64,000 nt of DNA, taken from an uncultured Gammaproteobacteria bacterium. GTDB lineage: Bacteria; Pseudomonadota; Gammaproteobacteria; SZUA-229. The notes below the pieces were generated by a model. It did no database searches and was not told the origin of the DNA. It worked only from the letters and a program-made list of their open reading frames with translations. A program made the position numbers and the translations under genes. Position 1 is the stretch's first letter. Every line of letters begins with the position of its first letter. Below are positions 9,649-20,298 of this stretch, piece after piece. The stretch spans positions 24,833 through 88,832 of the forward strand of contig CAVWXQ010000017.1 of assembly GCA_963759005.1 (NCBI GenBank). Reading direction: 5' to 3'.

Positions 9649-10725
9649 ATGATTTTTAAAACCGATGATGTACGTATAACAGGACTCCAGGAAGTATTGC
9701 CGCCGATGAAGCTGCACGAGGAGTACCCTATTAACGAGCAGGCGTCGGAAACGGTCTATCATGCACGACAGGCCATACATAACATATTACATGGTGAGGG
9801 CGACCGCCTGGTCGTTGTAGTTGGTCCCTGTTCTGTTCATGACCCGGATGCTGCCAGAGAATATGCGGCTAAATTAAAAGTATTAATCGATGAGCTGGCA
9901 GATGATTTATGTATCATTATGCGGGTCTATTTTGAAAAACCACGAACTACGGTTGGCTGGAAAGGCCTGATCAATGATCCTGATCTGGATGGGAGTTTTA
10001 AAATTAATAAAGGCCTGCGACTCGCGCGTAAATTACTGAGTGATTTAGCGGTTGCAGGTGTGCCTACTGGCACAGAATATCTCGACTTGATTAGTCCACA
10101 ATATATAGCAGATCTGATTAGCTGGGGGGCCATTGGCGCACGCACGACAGAGAGTCAGGGACACCGTGAACTGGCGTCTGGTTTATCCTGCCCAGTCGGT
10201 TTCAAGAACAGCACAGATGGCGGCTTTAAAATTGCCATTGATGCGGTTAAGGCCGCATCCAACCCCCACGTATTTATGTCATTAACCAAAGAAGGTCGCT
10301 CAGCCATTTTTTCAACCAAAGGCAATCATGACTGTCACATCATTTTACGTGGCGGCAAAAAACCTAATTACGATGCCGGAAGTATCCAGCATGCTGCCGA
10401 GCAACTGGAAAAATATGGCTTGAAACCGCTAGTGATGGTGGATTGTTCGCATGCAAATAGCATGAAAGACTACCATCGTCAGGTGGATGTTTGTAACAGT
10501 GTCGCTTCTCAGGTGGCTGACGGTGAAAATCGTATTATGGGTGTGATGTTAGAAAGTCATCTTGTTGAAGGCCGCCAGAATGTGATAGATGGCAAAGCAC
10601 TGACTTATGGGCAAAGTGTTACAGATGCCTGTATTTCCTGGGAAACGACGGAGCAGTGTTTACGGAATTTGGCAGATGCTGTGCGTAAACGTCGGGAAAT
10701 AAACGCTCAACAGGCTAGCGCGTAA
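9649..10725 (+). CDS. 3-deoxy-7-phosphoheptulonate (DAHP) synthase, class I
   Basis: GPCSVHDP, KPRTTVGWKGL and CSHANS blocks typical of the AroF/G/H type; isozyme not assignable. Confidence 0.9.
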   Translation: MIFKTDDVRITGLQEVLPPMKLHEEYPINEQASETVYHARQAIHNILHGEGDRLVVVVGPCSVHDPDAAREYAAKLKVLIDELADDLCIIMRVYFEKPRTTVGWKGLINDPDLDGSFKINKGLRLARKLLSDLAVAGVPTGTEYLDLISPQYIADLISWGAIGARTTESQGHRELASGLSCPVGFKNSTDGGFKIAIDAVKAASNPHVFMSLTKEGRSAIFSTKGNHDCHIILRGGKKPNYDAGSIQHAAEQLEKYGLKPLVMVDCSHANSMKDYHRQVDVCNSVASQVADGENRIMGVMLESHLVEGRQNVIDGKALTYGQSVTDACISWETTEQCLRNLADAVRKRREINAQQASA

Positions 10726-10800
10726 GCGCTGCGTGAATGAATAATGACAAGTCTAAAAAAATGAGGATTTAATGAGTCATAAGTTTCAAGACATTATTCC

Positions 10801-12033
10801 TTACCGTGATCTATAGCTCCTCACCACATATGCATCTATAACCTGCTCAAATTCTTCTGCAATATTGTCACCTTTAAGAGTCACGGTTTTTTTACCGTCT
10901 TCATAAACCGGTGCCACCGGACGTTCACCCGTACCTGGTAAGCTGATACCAATATTAGCATGTTTGCTTTCACCAGGGCCGTTAACCACACAACCCATGA
11001 CGGCAACCGACATCTCTTCTACGCCCTGAAATTTTTCCTGCCAAACGGGCATTTGGCTGCGTAAATAGTTTTGTACCTGTGATGCCAGTTTTTGAAAATA
11101 AGTACTGGTGGTACGACCGCAGCCAGGGCAGGCAGTAACCAGTGGTACGAAGGAGCGTAAACCCATGGTCTGTAAAATTTCCTGTGCGACGATGACTTCT
11201 TTTTCACGTGGTGCGCCTGGTTCTGGTGTGAGTGAAACGCGAATGGTATCGCCAATGCCGTCGTGCATTAGAATGCTGAGTGCTGCGGTAGATGCAACAA
11301 TGCCCTTTGAACCAATGCCGGCTTCTGTTAAGCCCAGGTGAAGGGCATAATTATCGCGCTCGGCCAGTGAACGATAAACGGTGATCAAGTCCTGTACCAC
11401 GCTCATTTTGCAGGACAGGATGATTCTATCTTTTCCAAGTCCTATGTCCTGTGCCTGTTTTGCGCTTTCAAGCGCCGAACGAATCACCGTTTCTAACATG
11501 ACATTATGCGCGTCATGTGGATTGTCCAGGCGTGCGTTTTCGTCCATCAGTTCGGCCAGTAATGCCTGATCCATGCTACCCCAGTTGACGCCAATGCGTA
11601 CGGCTTTGCCGTATTTACAGGCAAGTTCAACCATGGTGGCAAATTGCGTATCACGTTTTTTGCCTTTTCCAACATTGCCAGGATTAATCCGGTACTTGGC
11701 TAATGCCTGTGCACACTCTGGAAAATCACTTAATAGTTTGTGACCGTTATAATGGAAATCACCAATTAGCGGTACGTGACAGTGATTTTCATCCAGTGTC
11801 TCGCGGATGCGAACAACCGCCGCTGCAGCGTCGTTATCATTGACAGTGATACGTACCAGTTCTGAACCGGCATTAGCAAGTTGCATAATTTGCTGCGTGG
11901 TGGCGGTTATATCTGCCGTATGGGTATTGGTCATTGATTGCACTACAATAGGCGAATTTCCACCCACCAAAACACCAGATACGTTAACCGAACATGTTTG
12001 ACGGCGAGGTTTTAAACAGTCAGAAAATTCCAT
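10801..12033 (-). CDS. ispG: 4-hydroxy-3-methylbut-2-enyl diphosphate synthase
   Basis: Full-length GcpE-like protein with CPGCGRT and GCVVNGPGE cluster motifs. Confidence 0.9.
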   Translation of the reverse strand: MEFSDCLKPRRQTCSVNVSGVLVGGNSPIVVQSMTNTHTADITATTQQIMQLANAGSELVRITVNDNDAAAAVVRIRETLDENHCHVPLIGDFHYNGHKLLSDFPECAQALAKYRINPGNVGKGKKRDTQFATMVELACKYGKAVRIGVNWGSMDQALLAELMDENARLDNPHDAHNVMLETVIRSALESAKQAQDIGLGKDRIILSCKMSVVQDLITVYRSLAERDNYALHLGLTEAGIGSKGIVASTAALSILMHDGIGDTIRVSLTPEPGAPREKEVIVAQEILQTMGLRSFVPLVTACPGCGRTTSTYFQKLASQVQNYLRSQMPVWQEKFQGVEEMSVAVMGCVVNGPGESKHANIGISLPGTGERPVAPVYEDGKKTVTLKGDNIAEEFEQVIDAYVVRSYRSR

Positions 12034-12180
12034 AAAATTAATCGATTGTAATAGCTACTAGTAATAGTCGATTAATAATCGTTAGTAGCTGAGCTTAAAA
12101 GTGTTAATTTTACCATTGAACAGGCTAAGTTTGGTTTTAAATTGATAAACTCATCCTTTGCAGTGAAAACGTGGCAAGTA

Positions 12181-12341
12181 AGGGGAAATCTGATCAAGTC
12201 CAATTATATTAGCCTTGTTATAATCGTCCGTATCTTCTCGGCAATAGAATAACTATTCTACATTACTTCATGGAACATACGAACACAATCCTGTGCCTTA
12301 TTTTAATTAATTTGGCTAATTAACTTAATCAGAGATTCACT
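12181..12341. repeat. MITE-like element, GGGAAGCTCTGATTAAGTCC family (shorter copy)
   Basis: Ends AGGGGAAATCTGATCAAGTCCA and AACTTAATCAGAGATTCAC are mutually inverted. The interior aligns with 5010-5232. The right end abuts the ATG at 12344. Confidence 0.65.
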
Positions 12342-12343
12342 GA

Positions 12344-13474
12344 ATGAAAATAGGTTTCGTGGTGAACCCTTTTGCCGGTATAGGCGGGGCGGTTGCGCTA
12401 AAAGGTAGTGATGGTAAGGATATAGTGGCGCAAGCTTTATCGCGTGGTGCAAAGCCACAGGCAGAAACACGTGCAAAGATTGCCATGCAGCAAATTTCTT
12501 CAACGTACGATTTTACAATTTTTACTGCGGCCGGTTCAATGGGTGAGAATGTATTGCATGCGCTTAATTTACCTTATGACGTTTTATACAAGGTGGATGA
12601 AGAAGCGGCGGATGAGCGGACGACGGCAGAGGATACAAAAAATGTCATTCGCCTGTTTGTCGAAAAATCGGTTGATTTAATTGTCTTTGCTGGCGGAGAT
12701 GGTACTGCACGAGATGTACTGGATGCGCTGCTGAGCAAGCAAAATGCTTCAATAGCTGTTATTGGCATACCAGCAGGTGTAAAGATTCATTCTGCAGTGT
12801 ACGCAACTACACCATTGCATGCAGGTGAGTTAATTAACCTGATACTGTCTGGGCAGCCAATGTCGTTGCATGATGCACAGGTGATGGACCTCGATGAGCA
12901 GGCTTTTCGTGAAGGCAGAGTTATAGCAAAATGTTATGGTTATTTGCCTGTGCCGGTTGATGATACGCGGATGCAATTAATCAAACAGGGCGGCTTGAAC
13001 CATCAGCAGATTGCCGTTCAGGAAATTGCAACTGACATTATTGAAAGCATGGAGCCCGATGTTTTTTATGTCATTGGCTCGGGCTCAACAACTGCAGAGA
13101 TTATGAATCAGTTGTCACTGGAGAACACGCTGCTCGGTATTGATATTGTTTGCAATCAGCAATTGATTGCGAGTGATGTAGATGAGAAAACCATTATACA
13201 AACAATTAAAAATCACCCTGCAAAAATGGTAGTGACCGTTATTGGCGGACAGGGCCATGTTTTCGGACGGGGAAACCAGCAGTTAAGTGCAAAGGTTATA
13301 GAACAGATTGGCCAGGAAAACATTATAATTGTTGCCAGCAATGAAAAATTACGATCATTAGATAAACGTCCGATGATTGCTGATACTGGTGATATAGAAT
13401 TAGATAAACAGCTGGCTGGATTGTATCCGGTTGTCAGTGGTTATCAGCAAAAGACGTTGTATAGATTAAATTAG
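12344..13474 (+). CDS. ATP-NAD kinase family protein
   Basis: GGDGT motif (VFAGGDGTARD); overall NAD-kinase-like layout. Confidence 0.7.
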   Translation: MKIGFVVNPFAGIGGAVALKGSDGKDIVAQALSRGAKPQAETRAKIAMQQISSTYDFTIFTAAGSMGENVLHALNLPYDVLYKVDEEAADERTTAEDTKNVIRLFVEKSVDLIVFAGGDGTARDVLDALLSKQNASIAVIGIPAGVKIHSAVYATTPLHAGELINLILSGQPMSLHDAQVMDLDEQAFREGRVIAKCYGYLPVPVDDTRMQLIKQGGLNHQQIAVQEIATDIIESMEPDVFYVIGSGSTTAEIMNQLSLENTLLGIDIVCNQQLIASDVDEKTIIQTIKNHPAKMVVTVIGGQGHVFGRGNQQLSAKVIEQIGQENIIIVASNEKLRSLDKRPMIADTGDIELDKQLAGLYPVVSGYQQKTLYRLN

Positions 13475-13487
13475 TTGTAAAAAACTA

Positions 13488-13662
13488 TTATCCACGTCAC
13501 AGATGAACACAGATAAAAGTCTTATTAATTGTTTGTCATCTTGAACGATAGTGAAAGATCTTGAGTTCGACATATTAATGCTATGTTGTTAGATCCTTCA
13601 CTATCGCTTAGGATATCAGCAAGCTAATAAATTTAGTTTTATCTGCGTTCATCAGTGGATAA
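13488..13662. repeat. REP/MITE-like element with termini TTATCCACGTCACAGATGAACACAGATAAAAG / TTTTATCTGCGTTCATCAGTGGATAA
   Basis: ~30-bp inverted termini plus an inner inverted repeat (CGATAGTGAAAGATCT / AGATCCTTCACTATCG). Termini are shared with 27293 and 32002. Confidence 0.75.
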
Positions 13663-13706
13663 TAAAGTTCTTTGTATTATTGCGGTAAAAAAACAGGTAC
13701 TTAAAA

Positions 13707-15014
13707 ATGCAAGACGAAGATTTTGTTAACGGTTTAATTGATTTCATAAAAAGCTCGCCTACACCGTTTCACGCGGTTCAAACGATGGCTGAAATGTTGG
13801 ATAAAAATGGTTTTAAACGTTTAGAAGAAGGTGAATCATGGTCAATAAGTGCTAAGCCAGAGGCTGAACGTTGCTACGTTACCCGCAATGATTCATCGAT
13901 TATTGCTTTTCAGCTTAACCGGTCGCTGGTTGAAAATGGCATGCGAATGGTCGGTGCGCACACTGACAGTCCCTGTTTGAAAGTTAAACCGAATCCGGAA
14001 ATTATCAAAAACCATTATTTGCAGCTGGGCGTTGAAGTTTACGGTGGTGTATTACTCAATCCCTGGTTTGATCGTGATCTGTCATTAGCCGGGCGAGTGA
14101 GTTATCTCAATGAAGAAGGCAATATCGAGAATCAGTTAATTAATCTGGAAAAAGCCATTGCAGTCATTCCCAGTCTTGCTATCCATCTGGACACTGAAGC
14201 GAATAAAGAACGCACAATAAATCAACAAGATCATTTACCGCCCGTGTTGATGAAATTGCCGGAAAATGAAAGTGCTGAAAAGTTTGGCTTCAAAGAAATA
14301 TTGTTGAAAATTGTAAATACGAATAGAAATGCTGCAACACACAGCAAAGCTGCAAAAGTGCTGGATTATGAATTAAGTTTTTATGATGTTCAGCCGCCCG
14401 CCGTCATTGGCCTGCATGATGATTTTATTGCCAGTGCGCGTCTGGATAATTTACTCAGCTGTTATACAGGCCTGATGGCGTTAGTGAACAAAGATTGCAG
14501 GCAAAATTGCTTACTGGTGTGTAATGATCATGAAGAAGTGGGCAGTATGTCAGCGGCAGGTGCGCAGGGGGAATTCCTTAAATCTGTGTTGCAACGACTG
14601 TCTGATAGTGATGAAAGCTTTGCTCGTTTGATAGCTAACAGCACCTTGATATCGGCGGATAATGCGCATGGTATACACCCAAATTATGCGGATAAACATG
14701 ACGCTAATCATGGACCGATAATTAATAACGGCCCAGTGATTAAGGTCAACGTGAATCAGCGTTATGCCACCAATAGTGAAACCAGCGCTTTATTCAAGCA
14801 TCTGTGCGAGCTTGCAGATGTGCCCGTTCAATCATTTGTAGTTCGTTCCGACATGGCCTGTGGCAGCACAATTGGACCGATAACGGCAGGTAAACTGGGC
14901 GTGAAAACAGTGGATATTGGCGTGCCAACATTTGCCATGCACTCGATTCGCGAGTTAGCCGGGCGCTGGGATGCATTTTATTTATATCGTGTGCTTAAAC
15001 AATTTTTTAACTGA
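13707..15014 (+). CDS. apeB: M18 family aminopeptidase
   Basis: [19 protein letters not shown] and AMHSIRE blocks typical of M18 aspartyl aminopeptidase-like enzymes. Confidence 0.85.
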   Translation: MQDEDFVNGLIDFIKSSPTPFHAVQTMAEMLDKNGFKRLEEGESWSISAKPEAERCYVTRNDSSIIAFQLNRSLVENGMRMVGAHTDSPCLKVKPNPEIIKNHYLQLGVEVYGGVLLNPWFDRDLSLAGRVSYLNEEGNIENQLINLEKAIAVIPSLAIHLDTEANKERTINQQDHLPPVLMKLPENESAEKFGFKEILLKIVNTNRNAATHSKAAKVLDYELSFYDVQPPAVIGLHDDFIASARLDNLLSCYTGLMALVNKDCRQNCLLVCNDHEEVGSMSAAGAQGEFLKSVLQRLSDSDESFARLIANSTLISADNAHGIHPNYADKHDANHGPIINNGPVIKVNVNQRYATNSETSALFKHLCELADVPVQSFVVRSDMACGSTIGPITAGKLGVKTVDIGVPTFAMHSIRELAGRWDAFYLYRVLKQFFN

Positions 15015-15212
15015 TGACTAATTAAAATTTGAATGGTAAATAGTTTGTCTCGTATTCATGGTAAGTGGGCGTAGTGTGTACTATTCTAAATTTAGTGTTT
15101 CTTGATATTAATTTTTAAATGATTATTGTAGTCGATTCCCCTGTTGAAAATAGGCGACATTAATAGTCATTGCACTGATGGTAGATTAATTTTCATAGCG
15201 CAAGACCCGTTT

Positions 15213-15242
15213 AAGCCGACCATTGATGGTTGGCTTTTTTTT
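15213..15242 (+). terminator. strong rho-independent terminator, ~200 nt downstream of apeB
   Basis: 9-bp stem AAGCCGACC/GGTTGGCTT, 6-nt loop, T8 run. Confidence 0.7.
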
Positions 15243-15394
15243 GACTCGAATACGCAGCAGCAATTACCGAGCGGCCGAAGCTTTTCCCGTCATTTTGGCT
15301 GATTTTTTTATAGATATTCAGACAATTCAGCGTTATATACATATATACTTGAATACAAATCATTTAATCAGGTTGACTCGCTGAAAACAAAAGA

Positions 15395-16609
15395 ATGAGA
15401 ACAATAAAAAAGTCCCACAAGCTGGATGCTGTCTGTTATGACATTCGTGGTCCGGTGCATCGTGAAGCACGCCGACTGGAAGAAGAAGGTCATAAAATTC
15501 TTAAACTGAATATCGGTAACCCTGCACCGTTTGGTTTTGATGCGCCGGAAGAAATTGTGCAGGACATGATCCACAATGTCCCGGTTTCTCAGGGTTATAG
15601 TGATTCCAGAGGATTATTTTCAGGCCGTAAAGCGGTAATGCAATATTGCCAGCAAAAGGACATAAAAAATGTCGAGATTGACGATGTTTATCTGGGTAAC
15701 GGTGCCAGTGAACTCATTGTAATGTCGATGCAGGCGCTAATCAATAACGGCGATGAAGTACTGATACCTGCGCCGGATTACCCGCTATGGACAGCTGCAG
15801 TCTGCCTTTCTGGCGGTCATGCAGTGCATTATTTGTGTGATGAATCGTCTGACTGGTATCCGGATATAAACGACATCAGGTCAAAGATAACTGCCAATAC
15901 CCGTGGTATTGTTATTATCAACCCGAATAATCCAACAGGTGCAGTATATCCAAAAGAAATTCTGGAAAGTATCATCGAGCTTGCCAGAGAACATGAGCTG
16001 ATTATTTTTTCTGATGAAATTTACGACAAAATTATTTATGACGATGCCAAACATTTTTCAACGGCATCACTAACTGAAGATGTTTTATGCTTAACCTATA
16101 ACGGTTTATCAAAGGCTTATCGTGTAGCAGGCTTTCGTGCCGGCTGGATGGTGATCAGCGGCGATAAAGCACATGCCAGTGATTATATTGAAGGCATCGA
16201 ATTACTGGCCTCAATGCGACTTTGTTCCAATGTGCCGGGCCAGCACGCCATTCAAACAGCACTGGGTGGTTATCAAAGTATCAATGAATTGATCGTGCCC
16301 GGCGGGCGCCTGTATGAGCAACGTAATTTGGCGCATGACATGCTAACTTCAATACCAGGAATCAGTTGTGTCAAACCCAAAGGTGCGATGTATTTGTTCG
16401 CTAAAATGGATCAGAGTCGGTATAACATTTTTGATGATGAAAAGATGGTGCTGGATTTGTTAACCCAGGAAAAAATTCTTATTATCCATGGTTCCGCCTT
16501 TAACTGGCCAGATACCGATCATTTCAGGATTGTATTTTTACCGCATCTAGACGAACTCAGCAAAGCACTGAATGCTATCGGCAATTTTTTCTCTAATTAC
16601 AAGCAATAG
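15395..16609 (+). CDS. alaA: PLP-dependent aminotransferase class I/II (AlaA/YfbQ-like)
   Basis: KLNIGNPAPFGF, NPNNPTGAVY and the PLP lysine context SKAYRVAGFRAGW. Confidence 0.8.
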   Translation: MRTIKKSHKLDAVCYDIRGPVHREARRLEEEGHKILKLNIGNPAPFGFDAPEEIVQDMIHNVPVSQGYSDSRGLFSGRKAVMQYCQQKDIKNVEIDDVYLGNGASELIVMSMQALINNGDEVLIPAPDYPLWTAAVCLSGGHAVHYLCDESSDWYPDINDIRSKITANTRGIVIINPNNPTGAVYPKEILESIIELAREHELIIFSDEIYDKIIYDDAKHFSTASLTEDVLCLTYNGLSKAYRVAGFRAGWMVISGDKAHASDYIEGIELLASMRLCSNVPGQHAIQTALGGYQSINELIVPGGRLYEQRNLAHDMLTSIPGISCVKPKGAMYLFAKMDQSRYNIFDDEKMVLDLLTQEKILIIHGSAFNWPDTDHFRIVFLPHLDELSKALNAIGNFFSNYKQ

Positions 16610-16808
16610 GAGCCGCTGATTAATTCCATCCTTAGGTTTATTAACGCGACATCCATGTCGCACGTCTCATGAAATCACCTCTTGTTGCCACCCAGTCCAG
16701 CTCATTCGTTCTGAATCTTCGCAATAGCCAACTATTACGTGCGATTCACGCCTTGTATCTGAACAGGGTGACTACAATCTGCTTCATTCAGAATCAAGCA
16801 GAGGCTCC
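16609..16808. repeat. diverged MITE-like element filling the alaA-yggS spacer
   Basis: Termini GGAGCCGCTGATTAATTCC and (reverse complement) GGAGCCTCTGCTTGATTCTG. The start resembles the CTGATTAAGTCCATCC family. Confidence 0.5.
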
Positions 16809-16813
16809 AGCAA

Positions 16814-17530
16814 ATGACAGTCAGTGCTGCTGAAAATTTACTTGCTGTAAATTTAAGCAAGGTTCAGCAAAAAATTCAGCGCTGTGCTGAAGAAGCAGAG
16901 CGGGATAGCAATGAAATCCGCTTGATTGCCGTTTCAAAAACACGTTCACTTGATGAAGTCGAATCTGTTGCCTTGCTAGGACAAACTGCTTTTGCTGAAA
17001 ATACTATCCAGGATGCGATGACCAAGATTCCACAGCTCAATAATAAAGCATTGGAATGGCATTTTATTGGCCATTTGCAGTCAAAAAAAGCTGGCAAAAT
17101 CCCCGGCTATTTTCAGTGGATACATTCGGTCGATAGCATCAAACTTGCGCGAAAACTATCAACGGCAATGTTAAGTTATTCAAAAAACGCTGAACTTAAT
17201 TGTTTAATACAGGTAAATGTAAGTGGGGAGGATGGTAAGTCAGGCTTAAAACCTGCCGAGGTCAAACCTTTTTTACAGGTTGTGTTAAACCAGCACTTTC
17301 CTTGCCTGGTATGGCGAGGTTTGATGACTATTGGTGTGTTAGGTGACGAATCGCAAACACGCAGTGCTTTTGCGCAATTAAGAGAATTACAGCAATCCTG
17401 CAAAGAAGTCTTTGCTTTGTCCGATTTTGATCAGCTTTCAATGGGTATGAGTGGTGATTATTGTCTGGCTATCGAGGAAGGGGCTACGATGATCAGGGTT
17501 GGCACCTCGATTTTTGGCCAAAGAAATTAG
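16814..17530 (+). CDS. yggS: YggS family pyridoxal-phosphate homeostasis protein
   Basis: LIAVSKT PLP-lysine motif; length and layout typical of the family. Confidence 0.85.
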   Translation: MTVSAAENLLAVNLSKVQQKIQRCAEEAERDSNEIRLIAVSKTRSLDEVESVALLGQTAFAENTIQDAMTKIPQLNNKALEWHFIGHLQSKKAGKIPGYFQWIHSVDSIKLARKLSTAMLSYSKNAELNCLIQVNVSGEDGKSGLKPAEVKPFLQVVLNQHFPCLVWRGLMTIGVLGDESQTRSAFAQLRELQQSCKEVFALSDFDQLSMGMSGDYCLAIEEGATMIRVGTSIFGQRN

Positions 17531-17754
17531 CTTTTTTCGTTTACTCACATTAACGTTTTTTCTAGCTAAACTAAAGGCGGGCACGTAAACCGAAGTTTAC
17601 GTACCCTAGCAGCGCATGATTGCTGCAATTCGATGCAATGTCTGTTCAGTAAACTGTGTTCAGACGACATGATCTAGCAATCAAACCACATCCAGACTAT
17701 TTAATCTCGCAGCCTGTATTTGCAAGCTACGTAATTGAAAAGCCAGGTATTAAC

Positions 17755-18708
17755 TTAAGCTTTCTTTTCCAATTCTGGCGTAGAATCTGTTTTGTGCATT
17801 TCTAGCTGCATTGCTTCTCTTCTTTCAGTTGCAGCTTTACGGTGTTCTTCCATCATTTTGATATTTAATGCCCGGCGCTCTTCCATTTGTTTGATAAATT
17901 CATCGCGTCGCTTCTGTACGTCTGCCGGAACATTGTTATTAAAAGCAGAAGCATTATCAGCGGAATACTGTTTTCTGCGTTCCAGGAAACGCTTATAGGA
18001 TTCCTGTTGTGCTTCTTGTGCCTGTTGACGACGTTCGTCCATTTGCATGCGGTAGCTTTGATCATCACTTATAGCCTGTGGCTGGCTGGCTTGTTGAGCA
18101 CTGACCGCGGCGTCTGCTTTCGCTACAGCTGAAGTTGCTTTCCTGTCAGCCTTCTGGTCTACAGGAGCAGCAGTATTATTGTTAGTGTTAGCAATCCCGC
18201 TGTCATCTTTGCTCTCACTATTCTCACTGATATTTAACGCCCGGCGCTCTTCCATCTTTTTGATATTTAATGCATGACGCTCTTCCATTTGTTTGATAAA
18301 TTCGTCGCGTCGCTTCTGTACGTCTGCCGGAACATTGTTATTAAAAGCAGAAGCATTATCAGCGGAATACTGTTTTCTGCGTTCCAGGAAACGCTTATAG
18401 GATTCCAGTTGTGCTTCTTGTGCCTGTTGACGACGTTCGTCCATTTGCTTACGGTAGCTTTGATCATCACTGATAGCCTGTGGTTGGCTGGCTTGTTGAG
18501 TGCTGACCGCGGTGTCTGCTTTCGCTACAGCTGAAGCTGCTTTACTTTCAGCATTCTGGGCTGCCGGAGAAGTGGTATTGCTGATAGTGTTAGCAGTCGC
18601 ATTATCATTACTCTCAGTTGTTATTGACTCAGCAGCCAGTACGGTATTCGTAAAAACGAATGAAAGAACTAATGCTGTTAATTGAATTTTTGATTTTGAA
18701 GCTTTCAT
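17755..18708 (-). CDS. secreted K/E/Q/R-rich coiled-coil protein with two 134-aa tandem repeats (island gene A)
   Basis: Start taken at MKASKSKIQLTALVLSFVFTNTVLA/AES (Sec signal peptide, AAGG SD). Repeat unit ...SAVAKAD.AVS.QQASQPQAISDDQSYR.QMDERRQQAQEAQ.ESYKRFLERRKQYSADNASAFNNNVPADVQKRRDEFIKQMEER... occurs twice. No recognisable family. Confidence 0.7.
   Translation of the reverse strand: MKASKSKIQLTALVLSFVFTNTVLAAESITTESNDNATANTISNTTSPAAQNAESKAASAVAKADTAVSTQQASQPQAISDDQSYRKQMDERRQQAQEAQLESYKRFLERRKQYSADNASAFNNNVPADVQKRRDEFIKQMEERHALNIKKMEERRALNISENSESKDDSGIANTNNNTAAPVDQKADRKATSAVAKADAAVSAQQASQPQAISDDQSYRMQMDERRQQAQEAQQESYKRFLERRKQYSADNASAFNNNVPADVQKRRDEFIKQMEERRALNIKMMEEHRKAATERREAMQLEMHKTDSTPELEKKA
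17861..18540. repeat. intragenic tandem duplication, period 402 nt
   Basis: Near-identical nucleotide blocks offset by 402 nt (for example 17863 vs 18265). The out-of-frame ORFs 17865-18068 and 18267-18470 have near-identical translations. Confidence 0.85.
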
Positions 18709-18799
18709 TTCGTTTACCTTTTTTGATTTGAAATTATTTTTTATGTGCTGGTATTTAGAGGCAAAAAATACAGCACAAACAGGGGATGTACAGATTGTT

Positions 18800-18828
18800 A
18801 TTATATTAGAGAATATTAATATAGTCAA
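18800..18828 (-). promoter_or_regulatory. consensus sigma70 promoter of island gene A
   Basis: Minus strand reads TTGACT-17 nt (ATATTAATATTCTCTAA)-TATAAT, ~85 nt upstream of the ATG. Confidence 0.65.
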
Positions 18829-18882
18829 ACTATAATATAGTGATCTGGCGTTTTATTTCTTCTGGAAAAGTGCGTATAGCAG

Positions 18883-18912
18883 AAAAAAAGGCGCATGAAA
18901 ATGCGCCTTTTT
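18883..18912 (-). terminator. terminator of island gene B (bidirectional hairpin)
   Basis: GGCGCAT-GAAA-ATGCGCC flanked by A7 and T5 runs. Confidence 0.7.
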
Positions 18913-18942
18913 GGCCGGTGTTACCGTATTAACAGCTAGTTT

Positions 18943-20163
18943 TTAGATGTTTTGTATTTGCTCAGTTTTTGAGTCCGGCTTTGGTGTAATACTGTTATTT
19001 CTGAGCGGTGGCTGTGAATTACGCATCATCTGGTGCATTTGTTTTTGCATGTCAGATATTTCTTTATGCATTTTCTTCATTTTCTGTATTGTTTCTATAC
19101 GATTTTTTTCAATTTGTTGATGTATTTCTTTTTGCGCTTTAGCAATTTCTGCTCTTCTTTCCCGATAAGCTTTTTTCGTAGCTTCATACTCCTCACGCTT
19201 GACCTGTATTTCTTGTTCATAGGCCTGGCGGCGCTGTTGCATCACTTCATTGTGTTTTTTTCTCTGCTCCAGTGAACGTGCCTTGGCTTCCTTGCGGGCC
19301 TGTTCATAAGCCTGCTTGTTAGCATATGGATGGCGTTGAGAGGGTGTAGAACGATTTTGCATGGGCATTTGATCGCTAGTTGGTTCTGTGGTCGAACTGT
19401 CTTCTGCTGATGTTGTTTCAATCGTTTCTACCTCTTCACGCTTGGCCTGTATTTCTTTTTCATAGGCCTGGCGGCGCTGTTGCATCAATTCATTGTGTTT
19501 TTTTCTCTGCTCCAGTGAACGTGCCTTGGCCTCCTTGCGGGCCTGTTCATAAGCCTGCTTGTTAGCATATGGATTGCGTTGAGAGGGTGTAGAACGATTC
19601 TGCATGGGCATTTGATCCCTAGTTGGTTCTGCGGTCGTACTATCTTCTTCTGATGCTGTTTCACTCGTTTCTACAGCAGTTATCGTTGTGGTGGTGTCGG
19701 GCAGGTGCTCATCTGCTGAAGTAACGGGTGTTATGTTTACTTCAGCTGCTTGTGTAGTAACTACTGCATCGTTTGCCTGTTCATCAGTTGTTGAGGATGT
19801 TTGTTGTTCTGAAGCGGGCTCTACAGAAGCTGGTGTTTCAGACACGGGTTCTTCAGAAACTAGCACATTAGAAGTCGGTTTTTTTGATAGTGTTTCTGCA
19901 GTGGCGGTTACAACAGTACTGGAGGTGTTCTCAAGCGAGTCAGTTATTGTGTCTGCTCGTACCCCCAGGTCCTTGTATTCGTCTTCATAGAAAGTCGCAG
20001 CGATAACGATAGCTGATACCAGCAGCAATACCAGTGGGATTACCACATTGCTCTTTGCTGATTCTGTCTGATTGTCTTGTTGCTTGTTTTTTTTCATATA
20101 GGGAGCAATCTCGGCTGCTTTTGTTTCTGATTTGTTTTCAATTTTATTATTAGTGTCACTCAT
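18943..20163 (-). CDS. membrane-anchored low-complexity + coiled-coil protein with 81-aa tandem repeat (island gene B)
   Basis: GGGAG SD. N-terminal TM VVIPLVLLLVSAIVIAATFY, then a T/S/E/V-rich spacer. Duplicated unit DQMPMQNRSTPSQR.PYANKQAYEQARKEAKARSLEQRKKHNE.MQQRRQAYE.EIQ.KREE. Met/His/Gln-rich tail. Confidence 0.7.
   Translation of the reverse strand: MSDTNNKIENKSETKAAEIAPYMKKNKQQDNQTESAKSNVVIPLVLLLVSAIVIAATFYEDEYKDLGVRADTITDSLENTSSTVVTATAETLSKKPTSNVLVSEEPVSETPASVEPASEQQTSSTTDEQANDAVVTTQAAEVNITPVTSADEHLPDTTTTITAVETSETASEEDSTTAEPTRDQMPMQNRSTPSQRNPYANKQAYEQARKEAKARSLEQRKKHNELMQQRRQAYEKEIQAKREEVETIETTSAEDSSTTEPTSDQMPMQNRSTPSQRHPYANKQAYEQARKEAKARSLEQRKKHNEVMQQRRQAYEQEIQVKREEYEATKKAYRERRAEIAKAQKEIHQQIEKNRIETIQKMKKMHKEISDMQKQMHQMMRNSQPPLRNNSITPKPDSKTEQIQNI
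19195..19645. repeat. intragenic tandem duplication, period ~243 nt
   Basis: Blocks 19195-19400 and 19437-19642 are near-identical. Confidence 0.85.
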
Positions 20164-20298
20164 CTCATACTCCCAGGTAAAATGTGTTTAGATCGATATC
20201 TTCTTTTTATGCAGCTATTGCTATTTTAGTTAAAGTTGTTCAGTACTAAAAAGGCCAAAAATATCTTATAGGATTCTGCATTTTCTAGTCAATAGTTA

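Noticed and set aside
19688-19990. Plus-strand ORFs inside coiled-coil genes A, B and E (for example 17792-17998, 18274-18534, 19033-19275, 19688-19990, 22174-22524, 22484-22873)
   Set aside because: They are antisense or out-of-frame readings of low-complexity repeats, with no start context. The minus-strand products have export signals and an SD.
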